Below, piece after piece: positions 28,757-38,427 of a stretch of 64,000 nt of DNA. A model generated the notes under the pieces. It did not search any database. It saw nothing but the letters and a program-made list of their open reading frames with translations, and was not told where the DNA came from. Origin of the DNA: an uncultured bacterium (lineage in GTDB: Bacteria > Zixibacteria > MSB-5A5 > CAIYYT01). The translations under genes were made by a program, and so were the position numbers. Each line of letters begins with the position of its first letter. Positions within the stretch are counted from its first letter, which is position 1. The DNA is taken from assembly GCA_963707485.1 (NCBI GenBank), contig CAVPQS010000077.1, forward strand, positions 646 to 64,645. The letters run 5' to 3'.

Positions 28757-29770
28757 TTGGCGGGTCTGCGGGCCGAAAATTTGACGGCCCAATCCTCGAG
28801 CAACTCGATCCGCAAGAACATTCGCGCCACTAAAGCGAACCCAGACGCACCAAAGGTCGACGGCAAGCTTAATGATCCGATTTGGGCGACGGCCGAATTT
28901 CACTCTGATTTTTTACAGCGACTTCCGAACGAATGCGCCCAGCCCGGTGAAAAGACCGAGGTCGCGATTGCTTACGACGAGAACACGCTGTATGTCGGTG
29001 CGGGAATGTACTGTGACCACCCCGACAAACTCCGGATGCATCGCGAACGCCGCGATAATCAAGCACCAGCCGAGCAGTTCATCGTATCCATTGACTTGTA
29101 TTACGACAGGCGCACCGGGTTTGGGTTTGGCGTGTATACAGGGGTTCGTTTCGACCGCTATTATCCCGAGGACAGCGAGGGCGGCGCGGATTACTCGTTT
29201 AATCCGGTCTGGCGGGGGCATGCTAATGTCGACGAAACCGGGTGGGTTGCCGAAATCACCATACCGTTCTCCCAACTGCGCTTTGCCGCGAAGCCGCAGC
29301 AGACCTGGGGAATCAGCTTCAATCGCTGGATACCCGAGCGCAACGAAGATCCGTACTGGGTTTACACTCCTCGCGAAGAGGCCGGATTTGTTTCGCGTTT
29401 CTATGATCAAAGCGAAGGCGGCCCGATTGAGCTCGACAAGAATGAGGTCACCGGCGAGGAATATTACTCCGTAACAGATGGCGCCGAATCATTTACTGTG
29501 CCATATCTTGACTTTGGGGCACGATCGTTCAGAAGCAATATTGTATTGCGCTGGGAGTTCATGCCCGGCAGCGGAATCTCGGCGAAGACCGGGAGATCGG
29601 TAAGACTGTCGGTCCGGGCTCTTTGTTCGACTCTTTTGGTGCGCAAGGCGAAGATTTTGTCGCCTTCAAGATTGCGTACCGGATTCCCATTTCATAGGGA
29701 TAGACTTCCAAATTGCTGACTCGCAGAAAGACGGACAGGTCGATCAACCTTCCCGACTCGCTTGGTGATT
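28757..29770 (+). pseudogene. Truncated, frameshifted paralog of the DUF5916/CBM9-like protein encoded at 38428..40686
   Basis: The first 250 aa or so align with the N-terminal domain of the 752-aa paralog. After about 29500 the homologous reading (LFDSFGAQGEDF.. then GIDFQIADSQKDGQVD, matching DFSQIESDAAQVDV) switches frames twice. The gene ends against the convergent ABC permease, so roughly 450 aa of beta-barrel are missing. Confidence 0.6.
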
Positions 29771-29777
29771 CGGTTTG

Positions 29778-31244
29778 CTATCGCACGTCATAGCGAACGA
29801 ACGCTTCGAACGCGCCGCCGAAGGCAATTATGTTGAACAAGAACAACAGGCCGAGATCAAGCACGATTGTCGAGAGTGCATCGCCCAACGTGTAAGTCGG
29901 CGGGACGAAGGTCGGAATTTGGCCGGCATCGATAGTCGCCTGCTCACGCGGCGAGCCGATTTGGACGCCCTTTTCGGTGTCAATCTGGATCGTAAAGGCG
30001 CCCGCCCCCGGTCCGGATTCCGCCTGTTTGCTTTCGACGAATTTGTTGAAGTCGCTACGATAGACATCCATTGCCGCTTCATTACGCGCCTTCAGGTCGA
30101 TGTCGGACCCCGCCAGGTCCATGGCAGCAAGCTGGTACAACGAAGCCGGCGAAACTCGTGACATGGTGAAGGCCAGTCGCTCCTGCGCAGCGCGACGATG
30201 GCGCAGGTCGTCATTCAACTTGCGGTCGAACTCATCAATTTCGGTTTGGACGGATTTGCGAGCCTTGTCGTCTTCCTCAAGGTATTTCCAGAGTTGTTCA
30301 TCTTGGTAGCCATCGGTGCCATGATCACCAGTTGTAGCATTTTTGCTGCGTTCGAGCCAGCGCTCCTCTTGAGCTTTGTAGAATGACGCCCACCGATCCT
30401 TGGAGAACCCCTGCACCTGACCCTCAACTTCAGCAACGCTTGGCACGGGCACGATTTGGCCGGCAGCGATAACGCCAGCTCTGGGTATGATCAGGACGAA
30501 AACAATCCACGCGACCAGTGACAACAGGAACGACACGCTGGAACGTTTGGTAATTGATGAAATCAGGACTCCCAGAATTATGAAAAATGAGAAGTAGGCG
30601 ATTGAAGCAATAATCAAGGTTATCAGCCGCAGCCAATGGTCAGAACCGAACGGCACGTCAAACAACATGACGAGCAGTACACTGAGCAGAATGGGCAGAC
30701 AGATCGGTATAACGAGGCCGAGCCACCCGCCAATGCACTTCGCAAAAATATAGCGAGCGCGCGGCACCGAATTGGCAAAGACCAACTTGAGCGTGCCCTC
30801 CTCGCGTTCGCCGTTTACTGCGTCGTATGTGAACATGATCGCAAACAGCGAGAGTACGACCTGGACGATGAAACAGAAATCGACAAATCGAAAGACTGCG
30901 AAGATCGGGTCATCGGAGTATGAGCTGTTGCGGAGCTTGACCATGTTTTGCGAGTTTATCGCTGACCAGCGGCCGATGTCGTAGTTGAGTCCCGATACGA
31001 ATACCATCATCGGGTCGGGAGCGCGGTAGGTTCGATAGCGGAGGCTGTTCCAAGAGTTGGCTTCGCGTGCTCCTTCTTCGATTAACTGCCGACCGACGTC
31101 ATACTGCCTGGTGGAATTACGAGATTCTTGAATGCCGATGTATACGCTGAGGAGCATGAGCAGGGAGCAAATGACGAATGTAGCCGTGAACTTGGGGCTG
31201 AGGATGATTGCCTTTAGTTCCTTTTGTATCAAAACTGAGAGCAT
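29778..31244 (-). CDS. ABC-2 family transporter permease with large C-terminal extracytoplasmic domain and terminal TM anchor
   Basis: Six N-terminal TM segments, a roughly 230-aa hydrophilic domain and a final TM helix. It is a paralog of the adjacent upstream permease. Confidence 0.7.
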   Translation of the reverse strand: MLSVLIQKELKAIILSPKFTATFVICSLLMLLSVYIGIQESRNSTRQYDVGRQLIEEGAREANSWNSLRYRTYRAPDPMMVFVSGLNYDIGRWSAINSQNMVKLRNSSYSDDPIFAVFRFVDFCFIVQVVLSLFAIMFTYDAVNGEREEGTLKLVFANSVPRARYIFAKCIGGWLGLVIPICLPILLSVLLVMLFDVPFGSDHWLRLITLIIASIAYFSFFIILGVLISSITKRSSVSFLLSLVAWIVFVLIIPRAGVIAAGQIVPVPSVAEVEGQVQGFSKDRWASFYKAQEERWLERSKNATTGDHGTDGYQDEQLWKYLEEDDKARKSVQTEIDEFDRKLNDDLRHRRAAQERLAFTMSRVSPASLYQLAAMDLAGSDIDLKARNEAAMDVYRSDFNKFVESKQAESGPGAGAFTIQIDTEKGVQIGSPREQATIDAGQIPTFVPPTYTLGDALSTIVLDLGLLFLFNIIAFGGAFEAFVRYDVR

Positions 31245-31268
31245 GGTTTCAATCTCCTTGCCGTGCGG

Positions 31269-32694
31269 TTAGCGGACATCGTAGCGCAGGAACGAGATGA
31301 ATGCTCCCGCGAAAAATATCAGGTTAAAGAGTGCCAGTACGCCTATGTCGAGCAAAGCGAGCGAAAACGAATCCGCGAGTCCGGCGACGGAATAATTGAA
31401 TTGCGGCAATTCTTGCGGGTTAATCGGCTCAGGCGCATTTTCTTCCTCGCCATCGATCTTCATCTTAAAGACCATCATCCGGCCGCCGGGATTCGAGCCG
31501 GTTTTTTCCTTCATGAATTTGCCATATTCGGTCTGATACGCTTTCGCTTCGTCGTTGTAGTGGCCCTTCAATGCGATTGAAGTTCCAGCGAGAGTCGTCA
31601 TTCCCAGCGACAGTGCGGCCGCGGGAGAGATGCGCGCCAAACCAAATGCCAGACGCTGCTGCTCGAGTTGCTTATTGTGGCGCTGTTCATTCAGACGGGA
31701 GGTGAATTCCTGCATTTTCTTTTCGCGAATATCCGCTTGTTCTTCCATGAAGCGATTGAGTTCGGCCATGGTTGCCTCGGGATCGTCGCTCGTAGACGGT
31801 TTAAACGTGCCCCAACTGGCGCGATCCTCCTGCCACTGCTGTTGCTGAAAGCGCGCCTTTTGAGATGCGAGTTCATCAACCGAAGGCACATCAACGGCGC
31901 GTCCGGCCAGCAAAACCGAGGCGTGCGGAACGATTAACACGAAGAGAATCCAGACGACTAATAGCACCAGGAACGAGTGAGACGACCGTTCGGTGCGGGC
32001 GGAGACGAATATCGACAAAGTCAGAAAAAGCGGCGAAGTAGAGTAAGCCGGTCGCGATGACAAGAGCAAGTCTCATCCAGTCGTCTCCCGATAACGGGAC
32101 GCCAAGTACCGGAAGAATCAGGCAGCCAATCGACAATGCGACCAGCAGCGGTACCGCAAGCGCTGCCAAGCTCCCAATGATTTTGCCGAGAATGTATTTG
32201 TAGTGCGGAACGGAATTGGCGAAAGATAATTTGAGCGTCCCGCGTTCCTTCTCGCCACTGATGGCATCGTAACCGAGTAATACGGCGAACAACGACAGCA
32301 CAATCTGGAACATGAATTCCAAATCGAGAAATCGAAATACGGCGTAGATGGGTTCGTCTCCAAATTTGCTGTCTTGCGCCGAGAGCTCTCCGCGTCCCCA
32401 AATTTCCGTGGTACGTCCGATGTCATTCGAGACTCCGCTGACGAGCGCTGCGAGCGGTTGTGGCGGAAGAAAAACGCGATATTGCTGTACGCTGAACCAG
32501 TCGGTTAATCCTTCGAATTGCCGGAGGTTCTCAGCTTTGGCGGCTTCGTACTGCGACTGATTCGCTTGGTATGTTCTCGCGCCGACGTAGAAGGAGACGA
32601 GAACTAATACGGCGCAGGCGCCGAAAATAACCGCAAACTTGGTTGAGCCGATGATGTCGCGGATTTCCTTTTCGATGAGTACTTTCAACATCAC
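31269..32694 (-). pseudogene. ABC-2 permease paralog split by a -1 frameshift in an A5 homopolymer at about 32025-32029
   Basis: ORFs 31891..32694 and 31269..32069 are the N- and C-halves. Reading GCC GCT TTT TT(T) CTG ACT restores ...LYFAAFFLTLSIFVSAR..., which is colinear with the intact paralog (..FSFFIILGVLISS..). Confidence 0.7.
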
Positions 32695-32703
32695 TTGCTC
32701 CGA

Positions 32704-33465
32704 TCAAGCGACCGCTTCTTCCGAGCGGCCAGCCATGTATTGCATATAGAGTTCTTCGAGGTTCAGTCCCACCAGCTCTGCGGCAGGCCGTTGCATTATG
32801 ATCCGGCCGTTGTTCATGATCGCAACCGTATCCGCAACTTCCTTGGCGCGAAAGATGTCGTGAGTAGACATCAGGATCGCCTTGCCTTCGGAACGCAGTG
32901 ACTCCAGAAGTTTGATAAAGTCGTGGCCGGCCTTGGGATCCAGTCCTGAAGTCGGTTCGTCGAGCAGGATGGCGGGAGCATCTTTGAGAATGGCAATTGC
33001 GATACCGCATTTTTGCCGCATGCCCTTGGAGTAGCCTTTCAAGCGCTTGTTATGGGCGTCCTCAGCGAGTCCGACGCGCAGCAGGACGTCGCGATAGTCG
33101 TTTTTTGTATACTGTGATTTGCCGCCGAGACGAGCGAAGAAATCGAGATTCTGCAGTGCTGTGAAGTTGGCATAGAGCATGACATTTTCCGAGACGAACG
33201 CAATGTGTTGCTTGGCGCTCAGCGGGTCAACATGAGTGGCGATGCCATTGATTCGCGCTTCGCCGTCGGTCGGTTCGATGAAATTCAAGAAGATGTTAAT
33301 TGTGGTCGTCTTGCCGGCGCCGTTGCCGCCCAGCATTGCGAAAACTTCACCGGCGTGTACCTGGAAGGAGACGCGATCAAGCGCTAAAATGCCGTCTTCG
33401 TAGCGCTTGGTCAAGTTGACTGCTTCGAGCAGCGGCTGAGTCCGATTGAGAGGATTGTCATTCAC
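32704..33465 (-). CDS. ABC transporter ATP-binding protein
   Basis: Walker A GGNGAGKTT, signature LSGGMRQK-like YSKGMRQK, Walker B ILLDEPTSGLD. Confidence 0.9.
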   Translation of the reverse strand: MNDNPLNRTQPLLEAVNLTKRYEDGILALDRVSFQVHAGEVFAMLGGNGAGKTTTINIFLNFIEPTDGEARINGIATHVDPLSAKQHIAFVSENVMLYANFTALQNLDFFARLGGKSQYTKNDYRDVLLRVGLAEDAHNKRLKGYSKGMRQKCGIAIAILKDAPAILLDEPTSGLDPKAGHDFIKLLESLRSEGKAILMSTHDIFRAKEVADTVAIMNNGRIIMQRPAAELVGLNLEELYMQYMAGRSEEAVA

Positions 33466-33497
33466 GATATACCTCGCATTTTATTGAGACACTTTAT

Positions 33498-35000
33498 TTA
33501 TCTGCGTGAGAGTTTGATGCCGAAGACGACGATTCCGGCCACTAGCCCGATGATTAGAATGAGTATCAGCAGCGTGCCGAGCACATTTGAGTCAGGCAGA
33601 ATCTCCACAGTGACGCTCTTGTCCTCGCTGACAATCGGCTGCGAATTCGACACGGCGGTGGTGCGCAAGCGGACCTCGTACTTGCCGGGCGAGACGTCCT
33701 CTGGAGGCGAGAACTTGAGATTAATGCGGTGTTCGGCGCCGATTTCGAGCGTTGAGACAATAACGGGATCAATCTGTTTGGTCCAATTGAGCGGCATGTC
33801 GGCTTTGACTTCGATGTTGTCAAGCCGATGGCTGCCCTCATTGACCAAATCGATGTTCATATCGACGCTTGCGTCGGATTTGATCGAGTGATAGAGCTGC
33901 GGGGCGCGCACGAGCAGTTTGCCTTTGCCGCGCGGGAGAATTTCCATACGGGCATAGCCGACGCCGAGAGCTCCGATTTCCTCTTGAGACCATGATTTGG
34001 AACGAAGGTCGGGTAGGTCCTTGAGGCGATCGCGCGGGATCACGAGCACGAAGAAGGCGATCGGCTGATCCATCGCCACCTGCTCGGTCGGGCGGTCGGG
34101 TAGCGTAATCTCAAGTGAAGCTTTCTTGGTGTGTGTGCTTTCGGTAAACTTCAGTTGGCTCAAGCGTGCCGACCCGGAAGGCTCCTTAAAGTAGCGGCTG
34201 ATTTGATCAGGCAGGTTGACGACTTCAAGACTGAACGTATTTTCAGTTCCGCTGAAGAGCTCAAGAGTCAGGTCAAATGACGTGGACTTTCCGAGCTCGA
34301 GTTCCTGCGAGAACTGCTCGGACTGTACGGCGACTTTATTTACGGTAGCGTCCTTCTGCAAGAAGACCTTCATGTTGCGTTGAGTGCCAGAGCCGTAAAT
34401 GAGGTAGACGGTCACGACGTCAAGGTCCTGCAACAGTGCAAAATCAATCACGGTGGGACTACCGTAACGCAATTCTTCTACCTTTATTTCGTATGGCTGG
34501 CTGATGGTGGCGCTGTTATCATTGAGCAACGAAACGTAGATGTTGTTGATTACATCGGGTTGAAGAGATCGGAAGAGTTCGTCTTCCATTTCGATCAGCT
34601 TATAAAACTCTGCGCTGCCGCCGGAAGCGTTAACCAGCGTCAGTCGCACGTGCTTGCGGCCGTCCTGGGATTGGTACTTGACTGCGCCTTCAACCGAAAC
34701 GTACTGCTCTTCGAACAGTACTGCGAGCAGTGATTGTTGATAGTTCACCTCGGCGTCGGAAAAGACACTTCGGGCTCTTTCGAGTTCCGCTTTCGTGATC
34801 AACTCGCGTTGAAACATCTCTTCCTGCCGGTGATACTCTGAGCGTGCGACTTCGTATGCCTCTTTGGCGCGTTTCAACCCAAGCAGGCGGTACTTGTCAT
34901 CACGTTGATTAAATGGATTGCTGTTTTGTGCGGTAGTTGAGGGTGCAAACATCGCGAGCAGCATGGCAGTTAGTGCGACTGAAAGTGCGAATCGTTGCAT
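33498..35000 (-). CDS. Exported hypothetical protein (signal peptide, N-terminal coiled coil, repeated beta domains, C-terminal TM anchor), accessory to the ABC exporter
   Basis: Signal peptide MQRFALSVALTAMLLAMFAPSTTAQ and C-terminal LLILILIIGLVAGIVVFGI. 500 aa. Confidence 0.5.
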   Translation of the reverse strand: MQRFALSVALTAMLLAMFAPSTTAQNSNPFNQRDDKYRLLGLKRAKEAYEVARSEYHRQEEMFQRELITKAELERARSVFSDAEVNYQQSLLAVLFEEQYVSVEGAVKYQSQDGRKHVRLTLVNASGGSAEFYKLIEMEDELFRSLQPDVINNIYVSLLNDNSATISQPYEIKVEELRYGSPTVIDFALLQDLDVVTVYLIYGSGTQRNMKVFLQKDATVNKVAVQSEQFSQELELGKSTSFDLTLELFSGTENTFSLEVVNLPDQISRYFKEPSGSARLSQLKFTESTHTKKASLEITLPDRPTEQVAMDQPIAFFVLVIPRDRLKDLPDLRSKSWSQEEIGALGVGYARMEILPRGKGKLLVRAPQLYHSIKSDASVDMNIDLVNEGSHRLDNIEVKADMPLNWTKQIDPVIVSTLEIGAEHRINLKFSPPEDVSPGKYEVRLRTTAVSNSQPIVSEDKSVTVEILPDSNVLGTLLILILIIGLVAGIVVFGIKLSRR

Positions 35001-35003
35001 CGG

Positions 35004-35834
35004 CTACTTGTTCTTGATCGTTTTGATCATCATGGGGCGTTCGTCCGGGGCCGTCTTGGTCGCCTTGGCGCTGACAGCTTTGCCGTCATGTTGAAAAACC
35101 ACGGAGAATTCGTCACCGACTTTTAGCTTGCTATATACCTCGTTAAATTCTTTGATCGATTTGACATTGATTGATTGGATCTCGGTCACCACGTCGTTGA
35201 GTCCAATCCCTGTTTGCTTAATGATGGAATTCTCAGAATCCATGATGCCTGTGACTGCGACTTTCGAATCGACTTCAGACAGGATGAGCGCAAGTTCCGA
35301 AACGATGGCGATATTGCCTTCGCCGGGTCCAAACTTCATCACCTTTTTGTTGCCGTCACCAAGTGCGATATCTCCACCGGCTTCGGAATCGAATGTCATC
35401 ACTTGTTGTTGAGCAATTTTGGATTGATCAGCCTTGGCAAATGTCGCAATCATCATGTTTTTCCCGCGGCGAATGCCGAATTTTATCTCCTGACCGACTG
35501 ATGCGGAATCATAAGCGATTTTGAGATCGGCAAGAGCAGTCGCTTTTTTGCCGTTGACCATCATGATCACGTCGTCTTTCTTGACGTCCACCATTTGGTA
35601 CTCTTTGGAGCGCTGATTCGGAGGATTCACCATGTCGACGATGATGTTCTTGTCGCGGAGCATTAGAACGGCGCCCAGTTCGTGGATAAAGACGACGTCG
35701 CCGGAGCTGAAGAATTGCATCTGCGGTTTGCCTTCTCCTTTGCCCTCCGTCGCTGCAAGTGCGGACGCGCTGATGCAGGAGCTAATAGTGGTGACCAGCA
35801 GGGCCACCGCGATTTCCACTATAATTCTGAACAT
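35004..35834 (-). CDS. PDZ-domain protein (two PDZ-like domains), secreted
   Basis: Signal peptide. GDVVFIHELGAVL...VNG and GLNDVVTEIQSINV segments resemble PDZ binding loops. Confidence 0.5.
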   Translation of the reverse strand: MFRIIVEIAVALLVTTISSCISASALAATEGKGEGKPQMQFFSSGDVVFIHELGAVLMLRDKNIIVDMVNPPNQRSKEYQMVDVKKDDVIMMVNGKKATALADLKIAYDSASVGQEIKFGIRRGKNMMIATFAKADQSKIAQQQVMTFDSEAGGDIALGDGNKKVMKFGPGEGNIAIVSELALILSEVDSKVAVTGIMDSENSIIKQTGIGLNDVVTEIQSINVKSIKEFNEVYSKLKVGDEFSVVFQHDGKAVSAKATKTAPDERPMMIKTIKNK

Positions 35835-35988
35835 TATTCTACCTCATTGTAAGTGGTGACTGTTCCGATAGCATCCGTACGGCAACGATATGTTAAGGGT
35901 TGCCAAGGGCATAGTTAATGGTTGTTAGGGGCTGTTAAGAAGTGTTAAGAGCTATAGTGCAGGGCGCGGTCATGCGTATATTGTATCA

Positions 35989-37701
35989 ATGAACCTGTCT
36001 CGTCGAACCGTCGGTGTGGTCATCACGTTAATGGTCGTCTCTCTTGGCGGTCTGGTGAGCCTGCAGGTATATCTGCTCAAGCTTGCTATGGAGCAGAAGG
36101 AGCAAATTTTTCGACGCAATGTTTTTGCGGCGATGAATACTGTGTCGCAGCGACTCGAGAAAACGGAGGCGTTTACGTTTGCGTTTGGTTCGACTGGAAG
36201 AACCGAGGCGAATTGGCAGGTTAATGTTTCAAGTTTGCGACCTCCGCTGCATGATTCGATTCAAATTCAAGGAATGTTCATTGAGGGCAACGGCCCGTTT
36301 GGCGCCAACTTTGCTGAACCCCCGATTTCGGTCGTGGATGGAATTCTGCGTTATGAGATCACGAATCCACAACACGTTATGATCAAAATGTACGATCAAG
36401 CGCAGGGTACAGATCACGTTGTCGTCGACACTTTCAGGGCAGCGGGAAAATATGAGGTTGATCTGAAGGGGATGCCGGTATCGGAAAGCCGGATGATGTA
36501 TATGTTCCGCACTGATTCGAATTCTGCGATCTTTGAAATGCAGAACGGATCGCACCTGACTTCACTTGTCCCAATGATGGCGCGAACGAACAAGGAGGAC
36601 TATGTCAAACGAGTCGTCACCGATCTGGTTGTTGCCGAGCTCGAACCGATCGAGGAACGCATCACACAGAAAGAACTCGACACGCTGATATCTTCCGCGC
36701 TGGGTGAATCGGGGATCAATCTTGCTTTTGCCTACGGCGTTTTTAGCGGTGCGAATGATTCGCTGCGGTTGGTTTCAGCGATGCCGGCACGGGAGCAGTT
36801 GCGCAAGTCGGAGTTTCGGACTCGCTTGTTTCCCAATGATATGCTTTCTGCGCGCTCGGATTTGGCTCTGCATTTTCCGGACCGGGCAGTGTATTTGTGG
36901 AAGCAAATGGGCGTGCTGGTGATGACTAATCTTTTGTTTATAGGGGTAATTGTTGCCGTGTTCATATACACGCTGCGAGTTATGTTGGCGCAACAGCGAT
37001 TTTCGGGCCGAATTGTGGATTTCATTAATAACATGACGCACGAATTCAAAACGCCGATTTCGACGGTTGCGCTTGCCTGCGAGGCGATTATGCGGCCCGA
37101 TGTGATCGAGCAGCCGGAGCGCATCGGCAAATACGGCCGAATGATTCTCGATGAGAATCAGAGAATGCGCCATCAGGTCGAAAAGATTTTGCAGATGGCT
37201 GTGATTGAAGAGCGGGACTATGATCTGCACCTTGCCAATGTCGATGTCCACCAGATTATTCGCACAGCAATTGAAGGGATCAGTCTGCAGATCGAAAATC
37301 GAAAAGGGAAACTGACGCAGTCGCTGAGCGCGGAAAACGCGATCATCAAGGGCGATAGTCTGCATCTCACCAACATTATCAATAATCTACTCGACAACGC
37401 GAACAAGTATTCGCCGGAGGCGCCAGAGATTTTCGTGACCTCAAGAAACGACGGGAGCGAATTGGTCGTTGCTATATCCGACAAGGGAATGGGTATCGCC
37501 GAATCCGATCAAAAGGCCGTATTCGACAAGTACTTTCGGGTGCCTTCCGGAAACCTGCATAATGTTAAGGGCTTTGGGCTGGGATTGAGCTACGTAAAAA
37601 TGATGGTTGAAGCCCACCACGGAGGGATTCATCTTGAGAGCAAGCCGGGTGATGGAACGACGATCGAGCTGCGCTTTCCGGCAGTGATTGCGAGCGAGTG
37701 A
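35989..37701 (+). CDS. Sensor histidine kinase (TM sensor, HisKA, HATPase_c)
   Basis: H-box FINNMTHEFKTPIST, N-box LLDNANKYS, G-boxes DKGMGI and GLGLSYVK. Confidence 0.9.
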   Translation: MNLSRRTVGVVITLMVVSLGGLVSLQVYLLKLAMEQKEQIFRRNVFAAMNTVSQRLEKTEAFTFAFGSTGRTEANWQVNVSSLRPPLHDSIQIQGMFIEGNGPFGANFAEPPISVVDGILRYEITNPQHVMIKMYDQAQGTDHVVVDTFRAAGKYEVDLKGMPVSESRMMYMFRTDSNSAIFEMQNGSHLTSLVPMMARTNKEDYVKRVVTDLVVAELEPIEERITQKELDTLISSALGESGINLAFAYGVFSGANDSLRLVSAMPAREQLRKSEFRTRLFPNDMLSARSDLALHFPDRAVYLWKQMGVLVMTNLLFIGVIVAVFIYTLRVMLAQQRFSGRIVDFINNMTHEFKTPISTVALACEAIMRPDVIEQPERIGKYGRMILDENQRMRHQVEKILQMAVIEERDYDLHLANVDVHQIIRTAIEGISLQIENRKGKLTQSLSAENAIIKGDSLHLTNIINNLLDNANKYSPEAPEIFVTSRNDGSELVVAISDKGMGIAESDQKAVFDKYFRVPSGNLHNVKGFGLGLSYVKMMVEAHHGGIHLESKPGDGTTIELRFPAVIASE

Positions 37702-38399
37702 GGAAAATGACGAAACAGAGAATACTCTTGCTGGAAGACGACGCGAATCTGGGGTTCATATTGCAGGAGCACCTGCAAATGCAAAACTTTGAAGTTACCC
37801 TGTGCGTCAACGGAGAGGATGGGTGGAGCGCCTTCCAGACCGGAAAATTCCAACTTTGTCTGGTCGACGTCATGATGCCGAAATTGGATGGCTTCAGTTT
37901 CGCGCGCAGGGTCCGCCAACGTGACAGTGAGGCGCCGCTGATCTTCTTGACGGCAAAATCGCTGAAGGAGGACAAGATTGAGGGATTCAAAATCGGTTGC
38001 GACGATTATCTCACCAAGCCGTTCAGCATGGAAGAACTGATGCTGCGAATTATGGCAGTACTGCGGCGCGCCAAACCGAGCAGCAAGCCGGTTGAGCTGC
38101 CCGTGATGTTTCAAATCGGCAAATTCACGTTTGACTACAATCGCCAACTACTAACGGTTGGGTCAAATCAGGAAAAGCTGACTCCCAAGGAGGCCGACTT
38201 GCTGCGGTTGCTGTGCGTACACAAGAATCAGACTTTGGAGCGCGAAGTGGCATTGCGCGAAATCTGGGGCGATGAGAGTTACTTTTCCGGTCGAAGCATG
38301 GATGTCTTTATTTCGAGGTTGCGGAAGTACCTAAAGGAGGATAGCAGCGTCGAGATTATGGGGATTCATGGCAAGGGGTTTCGCTTAATCGTGAGTTAA
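37698..38399 (+). CDS. OmpR-family response regulator
   Basis: Receiver LLLEDD...VDVMMPKLDG and a winged-helix C-terminus. Overlaps the kinase stop by 4 bp. Confidence 0.9.
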   Translation: MRKMTKQRILLLEDDANLGFILQEHLQMQNFEVTLCVNGEDGWSAFQTGKFQLCLVDVMMPKLDGFSFARRVRQRDSEAPLIFLTAKSLKEDKIEGFKIGCDDYLTKPFSMEELMLRIMAVLRRAKPSSKPVELPVMFQIGKFTFDYNRQLLTVGSNQEKLTPKEADLLRLLCVHKNQTLEREVALREIWGDESYFSGRSMDVFISRLRKYLKEDSSVEIMGIHGKGFRLIVS

Positions 38400-38427
38400 G
38401 AGTTAAAGGGCATTTCCGAAATTCGTA

